Under the pieces are notes generated by a model, which saw only the letters and a list, made by a program, of their open reading frames with translations, searched no databases and had not been told where the DNA came from. From a virus (Duplodnaviria > Caudoviricetes): DNA of 60,989 nucleotides. Each line of letters opens with the position of its first letter. Position 1 is the first letter of the stretch. The translations under genes and the position numbers were made by a program. This document shows, piece by piece, positions 20,267 to 29,353 of this stretch. The stretch covers positions 1-60,989 of the IMG/VR virus record IMGVR_UViG_3300020207_000025; one strand, 5' to 3'.

Positions 20267-21834
20267 TTTTTGAAGTAGTAATCCTCTAATAAGAGACAAT
20301 CCATCTCTGTTTTATCATACACCTTAAATGCATCTGAGTATCTTGATAAGATTGGTTTACCGTTTACGTTGAATGAAGTATTCAACAATACACCAATACC
20401 CGATTTCTTTTCAAACTCAGTCAATAAGTTATACAACCAAGGATTTTGTTCTTCAGTTACAGTTTGAACACGAGCAGTACCATCAACGTGAGTGATAGAA
20501 ACTAATTTTTCTCTCCACTCTTCTTTAACCGTTGGACAGAAACTCATCCATCTACTCTCACCCTCAAAGTCAAAGTACTTTTCAACATCCTCCAACTTAC
20601 AAACAGGTGCAAATGGTCTGTACCACTCTCTGTTTTTAACCTTAGCATTCAAAATATCTTTCATATCAGGATATGCTGGGTTACAAATGATACTACGGTT
20701 GCCCAACGCTCTCGGTCCGTGTTCTGAGGTACCTCTAACAACACCAACGATACTACCGTTAGCCAAGTCATCAGTCAATGTATCAATACTCAACTCACGA
20801 CCACGTCTTTCCTCAACGTGAGACATCAATGTATGTTTATCCAACACAGGTACACCCGCATATGTTACGTCAACAGCCTTCTCAGGTTTCATATGATTCA
20901 AAATCATACCTGTAGCAATACCACAGTCATTAGGGTTAGGTGGAACAAACACAGGACGGTCCAATATCTGTTGTAGTTTGGTGTTAAGAAGTATATTAAG
21001 AGCACACCCACCAACTGTAATCAACGGAATATTTGGATACTCATCCAAAAACGGTTGAGCCATCTCCATGAAAACATTCTCAAAAGCAATTTGTGATGTT
21101 TTGGCAACATCCCAAGATGTCTGTCCTGTCAATCGGTTATTAATATCAAAAACCAACCCCGTTTGTTCACCTAATTCACCTAAAAACTTGATATAGTTCA
21201 AACCATCAGGTTTTCTTCTATAGTAATTCTCAAAGTGTGGTAACCAATCTTCATTTACCTCACCATAAGAACATAATCCCATGATTTTTCCTGAATAGAC
21301 TAAGTTACCAATATTCAATGCAGGTTCCTTACGGATATCACCCAAGTAATCACCGAATGACATATAAGGGAAACCTAAATCTAAATTATATTTGTCCAAT
21401 AACGTAATTGTTTCCCTATCAGAAGCGTGATATACATTGAAGAAACCATCATTACCTCCTCCATCAAAAGAGATAATCAAAGCTTCATCGTAATCAGTTT
21501 GATATAGACCACAAGCCGCGTGACTCAAATGGTGAAGACAGTTAATGTGTTCTTTAGCAGGAATAAGTTTCTCATAGTGAACTTTAGTTCCACCTTCCAA
21601 AGTATCTGAGTTTAAGTAGTAACACTTATCATACTCAGAAATTCCATATTCATCTTCAATAAATTTTAAGATATGTTTAAGTAGATAAGGTCTTGTATAT
21701 GAAACCAAATACTGTGCATAACCCGCATTCTTTTCACTTAAAAATCTTTCTACTTCAATTACTGTAATTAATTCTCCATTCTCCTCAACCGCTACCGCTG
21801 CGTTGTGGGAACCATAAAACGCTATATTCGCCAT
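20263..21834 (-). CDS. NodU/CmcH-family O-carbamoyltransferase
   Basis: 523 aa. GSHNAA, HHLSHAA, SFDGGG, GKIMGL, GGCALN, NDCG, EHGPRALGNRSI, KNREWYRPFAP, THVDGTARVQTV, LLNTSFN. Confidence 0.93.
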   Translation of the reverse strand: MANIAFYGSHNAAVAVEENGELITVIEVERFLSEKNAGYAQYLVSYTRPYLLKHILKFIEDEYGISEYDKCYYLNSDTLEGGTKVHYEKLIPAKEHINCLHHLSHAACGLYQTDYDEALIISFDGGGNDGFFNVYHASDRETITLLDKYNLDLGFPYMSFGDYLGDIRKEPALNIGNLVYSGKIMGLCSYGEVNEDWLPHFENYYRRKPDGLNYIKFLGELGEQTGLVFDINNRLTGQTSWDVAKTSQIAFENVFMEMAQPFLDEYPNIPLITVGGCALNILLNTKLQQILDRPVFVPPNPNDCGIATGMILNHMKPEKAVDVTYAGVPVLDKHTLMSHVEERRGRELSIDTLTDDLANGSIVGVVRGTSEHGPRALGNRSIICNPAYPDMKDILNAKVKNREWYRPFAPVCKLEDVEKYFDFEGESRWMSFCPTVKEEWREKLVSITHVDGTARVQTVTEEQNPWLYNLLTEFEKKSGIGVLLNTSFNVNGKPILSRYSDAFKVYDKTEMDCLLLEDYYFKK

Positions 21835-23102
21835 TATAATGTACCTGTTAGTCTATCACACCATCCTTTTGAAGTTGAATACGGCCAAACAACCCAATAA
21901 GCTGGTTTTTCAGTTATGTTAAATTGTCTCCAAACTTTACAATACCCATCAGGGTCATTCATCATTCGGTCAATCTCTGCTTTGTCAGCATCCTTTCTGT
22001 AAATAGTGTTATCTTCCTTATCGTGGAACGCAACAACCCAATATTCATAATCTTTTTCAGGTACTTGGTCGTAACCGACATCAATACAGTGTTTATAGAT
22101 GGTAGCAAAACTTTCCAACCACTCTTCTTTAGTCTCAAATGAATCAATACCAGGGTTAGGTGGATAGTTCTTATCCAAAGTGTATTGTTGTACACCTCTT
22201 TTACTAAATTTCAATCCTGAGAATTCTTCATATTCTTCCAAAGACCTTACAGGACCAAAACCATATTTACCTTCGTGACCTTCTTGAGATTCACCGTCCA
22301 TACCAAACAACTTTCTGTTTGTTAGGTGTGATGTGTTGTTTTTACTTACCCAATCTTTGTCATCATCCCATTGTTTTGTTCTACCTTTACGAGTGTATTC
22401 GTGCCAAATCAAGACTTTGTGTGGGTGGAACATATCATAACCCCATGTGAACGCTCTTGCCGCGATTGAAATCTCCTCACCGTGGAAATAGTATTCAGGG
22501 TTGTGTTGTACCTCTTCACTGAATTCACCCAAAGTGAAACAGAAGTGTGCCGAGTAGAATCTCGCAGGAACAGGTGTGTCTAATTCTCTCCAACCTGGAA
22601 TAGTTTCAGGTAAAAAGAATACCGCTCCTTCAGGAATGAATCGGTCAAAGACCATTCTCCATGGTTCCTGAACTCTTGCGCCAGGGTCATTTTCAGGGTC
22701 AAATGATGATACATAACCCGTCAATAAAGGCTTTGGAATACCCATACCTTGAAGTTGTTTTACCATCGCAATCATCTCAACATCCCAATCCTTAGCGAAT
22801 CTCATGTGTGAGTCAATCTGTAAGGTATACATCTCACCACCATACATTTGTTGAATCTGATGTCTTGCCCAACATGCCCCTTTAGATTCTTCATAAGGAA
22901 CATCTAAAATGCGGAATCTTTCATCATCACGGTACTTATCCAAATTATCAAATCCATCCTCAGGATGGTATTGTCTACAAATCCCTAATATAACATTTTG
23001 GGGACGTTTTGCGTTTTTTAACATATCTTCAATAGTATTGACCAACTCAGGGTCACGATATGACGCAATCTGTACGAAAATTTTCTGTGCTCTTCTTGCC
23101 AT
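21834..23102 (-). CDS. GT60-like polypeptide/hydroxyproline alpha-N-acetylglucosaminyltransferase (Gnt1/OGNT family)
   Basis: 422 aa. IFVQIASYRDPEL, SKGACWAR, LQIDSHMRF (DSH metal motif), SAHFCF, YFHGEEI..AARAFTWGYD, WHEYTR. Confidence 0.88.
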   Translation of the reverse strand: MARRAQKIFVQIASYRDPELVNTIEDMLKNAKRPQNVILGICRQYHPEDGFDNLDKYRDDERFRILDVPYEESKGACWARHQIQQMYGGEMYTLQIDSHMRFAKDWDVEMIAMVKQLQGMGIPKPLLTGYVSSFDPENDPGARVQEPWRMVFDRFIPEGAVFFLPETIPGWRELDTPVPARFYSAHFCFTLGEFSEEVQHNPEYYFHGEEISIAARAFTWGYDMFHPHKVLIWHEYTRKGRTKQWDDDKDWVSKNNTSHLTNRKLFGMDGESQEGHEGKYGFGPVRSLEEYEEFSGLKFSKRGVQQYTLDKNYPPNPGIDSFETKEEWLESFATIYKHCIDVGYDQVPEKDYEYWVVAFHDKEDNTIYRKDADKAEIDRMMNDPDGYCKVWRQFNITEKPAYWVVWPYSTSKGWCDRLTGTL

Positions 23103-23154
23103 AATTTTTAATGTTTGTATTAAGAATAATCAAGAATTATTTAAGATAAAGGGA

Positions 23155-23162
23155 TATTTATA
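23155..23162 (+). promoter_or_regulatory. TATTTATA putative late promoter element for the plus-strand small ORF
   Basis: Motif is on the plus strand, 3 nt before the ATG at 23166. Its orientation flips with the gene orientation. Confidence 0.6.
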
Positions 23163-23165
23163 GAT

Positions 23166-23339
23166 ATGAAACTACTTAAAACAATAAAAAGATTAGTTAA
23201 AGAGTCAGAAGAAAACTTGGACCAAGCTATACAAAATAGTGCAACTCCAAAAGAAGTTAAGGCTCTTGAAGAAAGCTATACAGAATCGTTAAATCTACTT
23301 TCACTATACGAAAGTATTGAAAACGAAAAAGAGGACTAA
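23166..23339 (+). CDS. Small (57 aa) helical protein, hypothetical
   Basis: Manual translation MKLLKTIKRLVKESEENLDQAIQNSATPKEVKALEESYTESLNLLSLYESIENEKED*. Fills the intergenic gap, with the motif upstream and a terminator at its end. Below the ORF-track size cutoff. Confidence 0.7.
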   Translation: MKLLKTIKRLVKESEENLDQAIQNSATPKEVKALEESYTESLNLLSLYESIENEKED

Positions 23340-23357
23340 TTTCTTAATCCTCTTTTT
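23326..23357. terminator. Bidirectional intrinsic terminator
   Basis: AAAAAGAGGA...TCCTCTTTTT inverted repeat between the convergent genes 23166..23339 (+) and 23391..26333 (-). Confidence 0.75.
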
Positions 23358-23390
23358 GTCATTCTTTATATTTTATTGGGTTTCTTTTCT

Positions 23391-26333
23391 CTAATATTCA
23401 ACCGTAATCTTTTCAATATCTTTTCTTTCCGCTTGGATGAAGTAGTAACAGTCAATCTTGTTACTGAATAGGTTTCCATTTCCAATGTAAACTACGTTGT
23501 CTTCAATCTTCTTAACATATAAGTTTTGGTGTGAACCTACAGAAGTTAATTGAACAGTAATACTATCAGGGTCAACTAAATCTCTCCAGTACTCAGGGAG
23601 TTCAATTTCTTTGTCATTCAATTGTCTACCTCTAACATAAACACCGTGTTCAGGTCCCTCAAGGTTACCATGCTTCAACCTCATTCCCTGTTCTTGCTTT
23701 TCAGGGTTAGGGTGTGGAATATCGAAGGCTTTTGATATGGCGGTTAAGTTACCTTGAGCATCAACTCTAAATACCGAAGCTTGACCTTGGTCATAACCTT
23801 CAACTAAATTAGGTGCTCCACCGTTAGCAAATAACTCCAACACATTTTGATATGCGTCTGTCGCTTCCATGAATACTCTCGTAGTCGTATTACTTGTCGT
23901 CGTAGACCTATAGAATTTAGCATCTTCAGTACCAGTCGCTCTAAATTGTAAATCACTACCACTTTGGTTCAATGTTCTTGTACCACTCAATGTACCATCA
24001 GCAGAATAGATAGTTAGGTCGTCATTGAACCCTGAAAGGTTAATATTCGCCTTAGTAAGTTTTCTTTGAACGTTAGAAGTGTCAACCACTGCGAAGTAAT
24101 CACCATCTCCATTAGATGTTGAAGTTGTCAATTCTGAAAGGTCAACAGCCACGGTTATATTACCACTCGTAGTAATCGGTGAATTTGTAACGTCAATCAA
24201 AGCACCTGCGGTAATACCTACAGATGTTACAGTACCTTGATTATTAGTGAACGGTAAGGCTGCTACCGTATATTTCTTAACATTGTTAGAGGCGTCACTA
24301 ACAGGAATATACATTGATGTAGTTATATCACCCGTACCAGTCCCTGCTGCGTATATGTAGTTGTCTGTTCCCGCGTAGTCAAGTGCGATGTCGTTCGCAT
24401 TTACTTGAATACCTGTACCTGCACCTACATTAAGAGTTACCGAACTACCTAATGATACCGAACCACCATTTGCCAAACCATTACCCGCTGTTACGGTAAC
24501 CGATGAGTTAGCTAATGAACTATTTGGAACATTTGAAAGACCTAAGGCTATTGTACCTGATGAAGTAATAGGTGAACCTGAATCAACATCAATACCGTCC
24601 GAACCTGAAATCGCCACCGAAGTAACGGTTCCTGAAGTATTTGTAAATGGTAAGTCAGAAACAAGACCTTTCTTAACGTTATTGTCAGTTGCATCGTGAT
24701 AAATAATAGTATCACTCGTAGAAATTGAAGTTCCTTCTAAGTTTGTGGCTGAATCAATGAAGTTGTCAGTACCTGCGTAATCCAAAGATAAAGTTCTGTT
24801 TGATGCTATTGTACCACCACCAGATAAACCTGTTCCCGCAGAAATACTAACACTGTCATGGTCCACATTTCTTGAACTTGATGTATCTAAAGAGATATCA
24901 TTAGCACCAACACTGATACCACCACCAACAGCAGCACCTACATTCAGAGTAACCGAACCTGAGGTACCACCACCAGTTAAACCATTACCTGCCGTGACCG
25001 CAGTGATATCACCCACATTAATTGAACCACCTAACGAAATAGCACTACCATTAATAGTTATAGATGAATTTGATAAGGCTGAGTTAGGAATTGAAGACCA
25101 AAAACCTGTAATATCTTGTGCAGATGAACCATCGTTCAACTCTAATGAAAGTGTACCACTTGTAAATGTACCACCAGTCACATAAGTATTAACTGAACCT
25201 GCAACTATCAAGTCTATAGTATCTGTAGTTGAATTACCTGCGATGGTAACTGAACTATCAGATGATGTGAAATTCAACGTACCACCTAACGGTACCACAG
25301 GGTCTGAACCTGAAGGTGCATTAACAGTAAATGATGAATTCGCCAATTTAGCGTTGGTTACATTTCCATCAGTAATTTTTGTCGTAGTAACTGCGTTTGT
25401 AGCTAATTCAGTTGAACCAACCGCACCTGAGACGATTGACGCATTCAGTGTGAAGTTGGCTGAACCATCAAACGATACGTTACCTGATAAGTCCGTACCT
25501 AATGTTAGTGTCCTTGAATTTGCCCAAGTATCGGCTGATGAGGCAGTACCATTAACATCACCTGTTAAATCACCAACAAACGCTGTTGACGTAACCGAAC
25601 TTAACCCACCTAAAGTTGTTGAAGAACTACCCAAACTAATTGAAGTGGTACCCACAGTTACTGATGAGTTTGCCAATGAACTATTTGGAATATTAGAAAG
25701 ACCTAAAGTTATACTACCACTTGTTGTGATTGGTGAGCCTGCATCTACATCAATACCGTCAGTACCTGTAATACCTACAGAAGTAACTGTACCACTATTG
25801 TTCGAGAATGGTAAGTCAGAAACAAATCCTTTCTTAACATTATTGTCAGTGGCGTCATGATAAACAATCGTATCACCTGCCGCGATTGAAGTACCTTCTA
25901 AGTTAGTAGCAGAATCAATGAAGTTATTAGTACCTGCGTAATCAATAGACACACTATCAGCAGCAACACTAATACCCGTCCCAGCACCTACATTGAGTGT
26001 TACAGAGCCCGAAGTACCTCCACCTGTTAAACCGTTACCGGCAGAAACACCAGTGATGTCACCAACATTAATTGAACCACCTAATGAAACCGCGGTACCA
26101 TTAATAGTGATTGATGAATTGTCCAATGATGCGTTTGGAATAGTAGAGAAAGATAGTGCACCTGAACCATTTGTTAATAATACAGTATTCGCAGACCCAT
26201 CAGACGTTGGGAAGGTATATGATTGATTGAATTGAATCACACCTCCCGTTGAAATACTCATCTGAGTGGTTGCGTTTGTTTTCAGGAGTAAACCTGAAGT
26301 ACTACTATAATTAACACCGTTTAATGTTGCCAT
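23391..26333 (-). CDS. Tail fibre-like protein with internal repeats and conserved C-terminal K-x-F-x-I-x-HP...LEGPE domain
   Basis: 980 aa, Gly/Ser/Thr-rich. Repeats PNSSLANSS, AGNGLTGGGTSGSVTLNVG and DYAGTxNFIDSA. C-term SKAFDIPHP...HGNLEGPEHGVYVRG...LPEYWRDLV is common at phage fibre ends. Confidence 0.75.
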   Translation of the reverse strand: MATLNGVNYSSTSGLLLKTNATTQMSISTGGVIQFNQSYTFPTSDGSANTVLLTNGSGALSFSTIPNASLDNSSITINGTAVSLGGSINVGDITGVSAGNGLTGGGTSGSVTLNVGAGTGISVAADSVSIDYAGTNNFIDSATNLEGTSIAAGDTIVYHDATDNNVKKGFVSDLPFSNNSGTVTSVGITGTDGIDVDAGSPITTSGSITLGLSNIPNSSLANSSVTVGTTSISLGSSSTTLGGLSSVTSTAFVGDLTGDVNGTASSADTWANSRTLTLGTDLSGNVSFDGSANFTLNASIVSGAVGSTELATNAVTTTKITDGNVTNAKLANSSFTVNAPSGSDPVVPLGGTLNFTSSDSSVTIAGNSTTDTIDLIVAGSVNTYVTGGTFTSGTLSLELNDGSSAQDITGFWSSIPNSALSNSSITINGSAISLGGSINVGDITAVTAGNGLTGGGTSGSVTLNVGAAVGGGISVGANDISLDTSSSRNVDHDSVSISAGTGLSGGGTIASNRTLSLDYAGTDNFIDSATNLEGTSISTSDTIIYHDATDNNVKKGLVSDLPFTNTSGTVTSVAISGSDGIDVDSGSPITSSGTIALGLSNVPNSSLANSSVTVTAGNGLANGGSVSLGSSVTLNVGAGTGIQVNANDIALDYAGTDNYIYAAGTGTGDITTSMYIPVSDASNNVKKYTVAALPFTNNQGTVTSVGITAGALIDVTNSPITTSGNITVAVDLSELTTSTSNGDGDYFAVVDTSNVQRKLTKANINLSGFNDDLTIYSADGTLSGTRTLNQSGSDLQFRATGTEDAKFYRSTTTSNTTTRVFMEATDAYQNVLELFANGGAPNLVEGYDQGQASVFRVDAQGNLTAISKAFDIPHPNPEKQEQGMRLKHGNLEGPEHGVYVRGRQLNDKEIELPEYWRDLVDPDSITVQLTSVGSHQNLYVKKIEDNVVYIGNGNLFSNKIDCYYFIQAERKDIEKITVEY

Positions 26334-26368
26334 TTTATATTGTTCTTTCTCTTTTTATTTTTTGGCTA

Positions 26369-26390
26369 TGGGGGAGGGTTAACTCCCCCA
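26369..26390 (-). promoter_or_regulatory. GC-rich hairpin in the putative 5' leader of the 980-aa fibre gene
   Basis: TGGGGGAG-GGTTAA-CTCCCCCA, an 8-bp stem with no U-tract on either strand. Lies between the TATTTATC motif (26403-26410) and the ATG at 26333. Confidence 0.5.
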
Positions 26391-26437
26391 ATCATATCTA
26401 ATGATAAATACTTTTCAAATAATTTATAGTGTATAAA

Positions 26438-29308
26438 TTAGATTACTTGTACCCATCCGAATGATTTATTAATGTACACACCTTCGTCACCGTCAGTTTG
26501 ATATACCATCAAACCTGTTGCTGGTGAACCGATTGCACTTCTCTGAGCTTCTGTCATCCTTGGGAATAAGAAACCTTTCGTTGTTGAAGCAACCTCTAAG
26601 ACTGCTGTAGCATCAGGTGCAGCTACCCCAACACCGACAGCACTTTGTGAATTATCAACTGAAAGTACTGTACCATCTACTGTAAAGTCACCACCTGAGA
26701 ACGCTAATGAATTACCACTCTGAGTAACTGTTCTGTTACCTGATAAAGTACCATTAGTGTTGAAGATGTTCGTGTTTACAGAAGCACCTACTGTAATATC
26801 AATAGTATTTGAACCAGTACCATTGATTGTTACAGAAGAATCCGAAGACGAGAATGTTAATGTGTCTGAGTTAGAACCAGCCACTGGGTCTGTACCTGTA
26901 GGTACGTCAATTGTCTTGAAGATATTCTGTGAAGAACCTAAATCAGTGTTAGCGATTGTAAAGTTAGGGTAAGTTCCCGTTGCCGAGATACCTGAACCAC
27001 TTGTCAATACAACTGTTTTATCATACAAGTTAGTTGAACCTTCTGATACGTCATCAGTATCAAGAACAACAACACCTGTTTGACCGTTTACCGATTCAAC
27101 AGCATCTTCACTATCGATTTTCTGCCATACAGAACCATCGTATAATACTAAGTCACCAACCGAGAAAGTGATTGAACCACTACCCAAATCTTGAGTACCA
27201 GCAACACTTGTACGGTAAGTATCACCCGCATTACCTGAACCATCAGCTAATGTTGGAGTGTTAGTATTTGCATTCCATGCTCCTTTGTATTCAAATACTG
27301 AAGATGGTAATTGAGATGTTGGTACTTTACCGTTAGCATCAAGAGAAGCGTAACCGTTATTTGCACCTTTTTCTGATTTGAACTGTACTGTAGCAGTATC
27401 AAGATTAACTGTCATTGTATCAGTGTTAGTACCAACAAAGTCAATACCTGAACCACCGACAAAGTTCATAGTATCACCCAAACTAATTGTTTGGTTAACA
27501 CCTGAATCACCTGCCAAGATAATAGCTGAATTCGTCAATGAACCATTACCAATGTTAGTAATCGTATTGTCCGAACCTGAGATAGTTTTATTTGTTAATG
27601 TTTGAGAACCACTCAAAGTTGCAACTGTATTATCAATTGCGATTGTCACTGTACCTGCCGATTCAGTAGCATCAATACCTGTACTACCATCAAAAGTAAG
27701 TGTTTCACCTAAAGCAACTGGTGAAGTATTTGTACCATCACTTACAGTGAATGATGAATTCGCTAATTTAGCATTTGTTACGTTAGAATCAGCAATCTTA
27801 GCTGTTGTTACCGCCGAGTTAGCTAATTCTGTAGTACCTACTGAACCAGCTACGATACTCGCGTTCAATGTAACATCACCTGAACCATCAATTGACACAG
27901 AACCTGAAAGGTCAGTACCTAAAGAAAGTGTTCTTGCAGTTGCCCATGCAGATGCCGTATCAGCATTACCTGTAACATCACCCGTTAAGTCACCAGCAAA
28001 TGCAGTAGATGTAACCGAAGTTAAACCTGCTAATGTTGTAGATGAAGCACCTAAAGCAATTGCAGTTGTACCAACAGTAACTGAAGAATTAGCTAACGCT
28101 GAGTTAGGAATAGAAGTCCATAAACCTGTAACATCAAAGTCAGAACCATCATTCAATCCGATAGTTAAAGTACCACTTGAGAAAGTACCACCTGTTGAGT
28201 AAGTATCAACACCTGCACCTACAGTCAAATCAATTGTACCAGTACCTGAGTTACCTGTAATATCTACAGAGTTATCAGAAGAAGTGAAATTCAATGTACC
28301 ACCTAATGAAGTTACAGGGTCTGTACCTGCAGGAGCATTAAATGTAATAGTAGAACTTGCAAGTTTAGCGTTTGTTACGTTAGAGTCAGCAATCTTAGCT
28401 GTCGTTACAGCTGAATCTGCCAATTCTGCAGTATCAACAACACCAGCGTCAATCGAAGCAACCAAAGCAACGTTACCTGTACCATCAAAGTTAATACCTG
28501 ATGCAGTAATATCACCTGAGATTGAGAATGACCTTGCGTTTGCTAAAGCAGTTGCACTATCAGCATTACCTGTAACATTACCTGTCAAGTTACCTGAGAA
28601 TGCCGTAGATGAAACTGATGTTAAACCTGCCAATGTAGTTGATGAAGCACCTAAAGCAATTGCAGTAGTACCAATTGTTACATCGTCATTTACTAATGCC
28701 GTATTTGGAATAGAAGTCCAAATACCATTAATAGCAACTGTGTTACCATCGTTTCTTGTTAAGGTAGCCGTACCATTAGAGAATGTCGCACCTGTAACAA
28801 ATGTGTCGTCACCGTCAATACCGTTGATTACGATATCCGATTCCAAACCACCGTTTATACTTAATGTGATTGTACCGTTAGAGTACGAACCACTCGTAAT
28901 GAAAGGTAAATCAATTGGTGAAGAACCAATCGTACCTGTACCTGCCAATGCAATGTCCCATGCACTGTTGTATGTCACCGCCGTTACCGCTTGAACCGTT
29001 AAGTTAGAGGTATCTCCATCAACATCTGTTAAAGTAACAACGTTATTTGAAATTGAACCACCAACTAACACATCGCTGCGATAAGACACGACACCGTTTG
29101 CGTTAGTCGCCAAGATACGTCCATCCGAACCTGACGCCAACCCTCTTACTCTCAATGGAGTAGAAGTAGAACCAGAAATATCAACCAAGTTTGTTGGTGA
29201 TAAAACACCGAAACCGTGATTACCGTTTGCATCAATAACTTCTCTTTTTGAGCCATTCGTAGTAAACGTTAACGTATTTCCAGAACTGTAATTTAATCCG
29301 TTTGCCAT
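26438..29308 (-). CDS. Tail fibre-like protein, paralogue of the 980-aa fibre, with PRMT-type C-terminus
   Basis: 956 aa. Repeats ELAxxAVTTAKIADSNVTNAKLA. Fibre motifs KGANNGYASLDANGKVPTSQLP and YKGAWNANTNTP. C-term LEVASTTKGFLFPRMTEAQRSAIGSPATGLMVYQTD. Confidence 0.75.
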   Translation of the reverse strand: MANGLNYSSGNTLTFTTNGSKREVIDANGNHGFGVLSPTNLVDISGSTSTPLRVRGLASGSDGRILATNANGVVSYRSDVLVGGSISNNVVTLTDVDGDTSNLTVQAVTAVTYNSAWDIALAGTGTIGSSPIDLPFITSGSYSNGTITLSINGGLESDIVINGIDGDDTFVTGATFSNGTATLTRNDGNTVAINGIWTSIPNTALVNDDVTIGTTAIALGASSTTLAGLTSVSSTAFSGNLTGNVTGNADSATALANARSFSISGDITASGINFDGTGNVALVASIDAGVVDTAELADSAVTTAKIADSNVTNAKLASSTITFNAPAGTDPVTSLGGTLNFTSSDNSVDITGNSGTGTIDLTVGAGVDTYSTGGTFSSGTLTIGLNDGSDFDVTGLWTSIPNSALANSSVTVGTTAIALGASSTTLAGLTSVTSTAFAGDLTGDVTGNADTASAWATARTLSLGTDLSGSVSIDGSGDVTLNASIVAGSVGTTELANSAVTTAKIADSNVTNAKLANSSFTVSDGTNTSPVALGETLTFDGSTGIDATESAGTVTIAIDNTVATLSGSQTLTNKTISGSDNTITNIGNGSLTNSAIILAGDSGVNQTISLGDTMNFVGGSGIDFVGTNTDTMTVNLDTATVQFKSEKGANNGYASLDANGKVPTSQLPSSVFEYKGAWNANTNTPTLADGSGNAGDTYRTSVAGTQDLGSGSITFSVGDLVLYDGSVWQKIDSEDAVESVNGQTGVVVLDTDDVSEGSTNLYDKTVVLTSGSGISATGTYPNFTIANTDLGSSQNIFKTIDVPTGTDPVAGSNSDTLTFSSSDSSVTINGTGSNTIDITVGASVNTNIFNTNGTLSGNRTVTQSGNSLAFSGGDFTVDGTVLSVDNSQSAVGVGVAAPDATAVLEVASTTKGFLFPRMTEAQRSAIGSPATGLMVYQTDGDEGVYINKSFGWVQVI

Positions 29309-29353
29309 TGTCTTAAATTTTTTGTTAGTTTATGTTTAATCCTTCAAAAAGGC

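Noticed and set aside
22909-23163. 84-aa plus-strand ORF from the track
   Set aside because: Mostly antisense to the GT60 gene. The better-supported plus-strand gene is 23166..23339.
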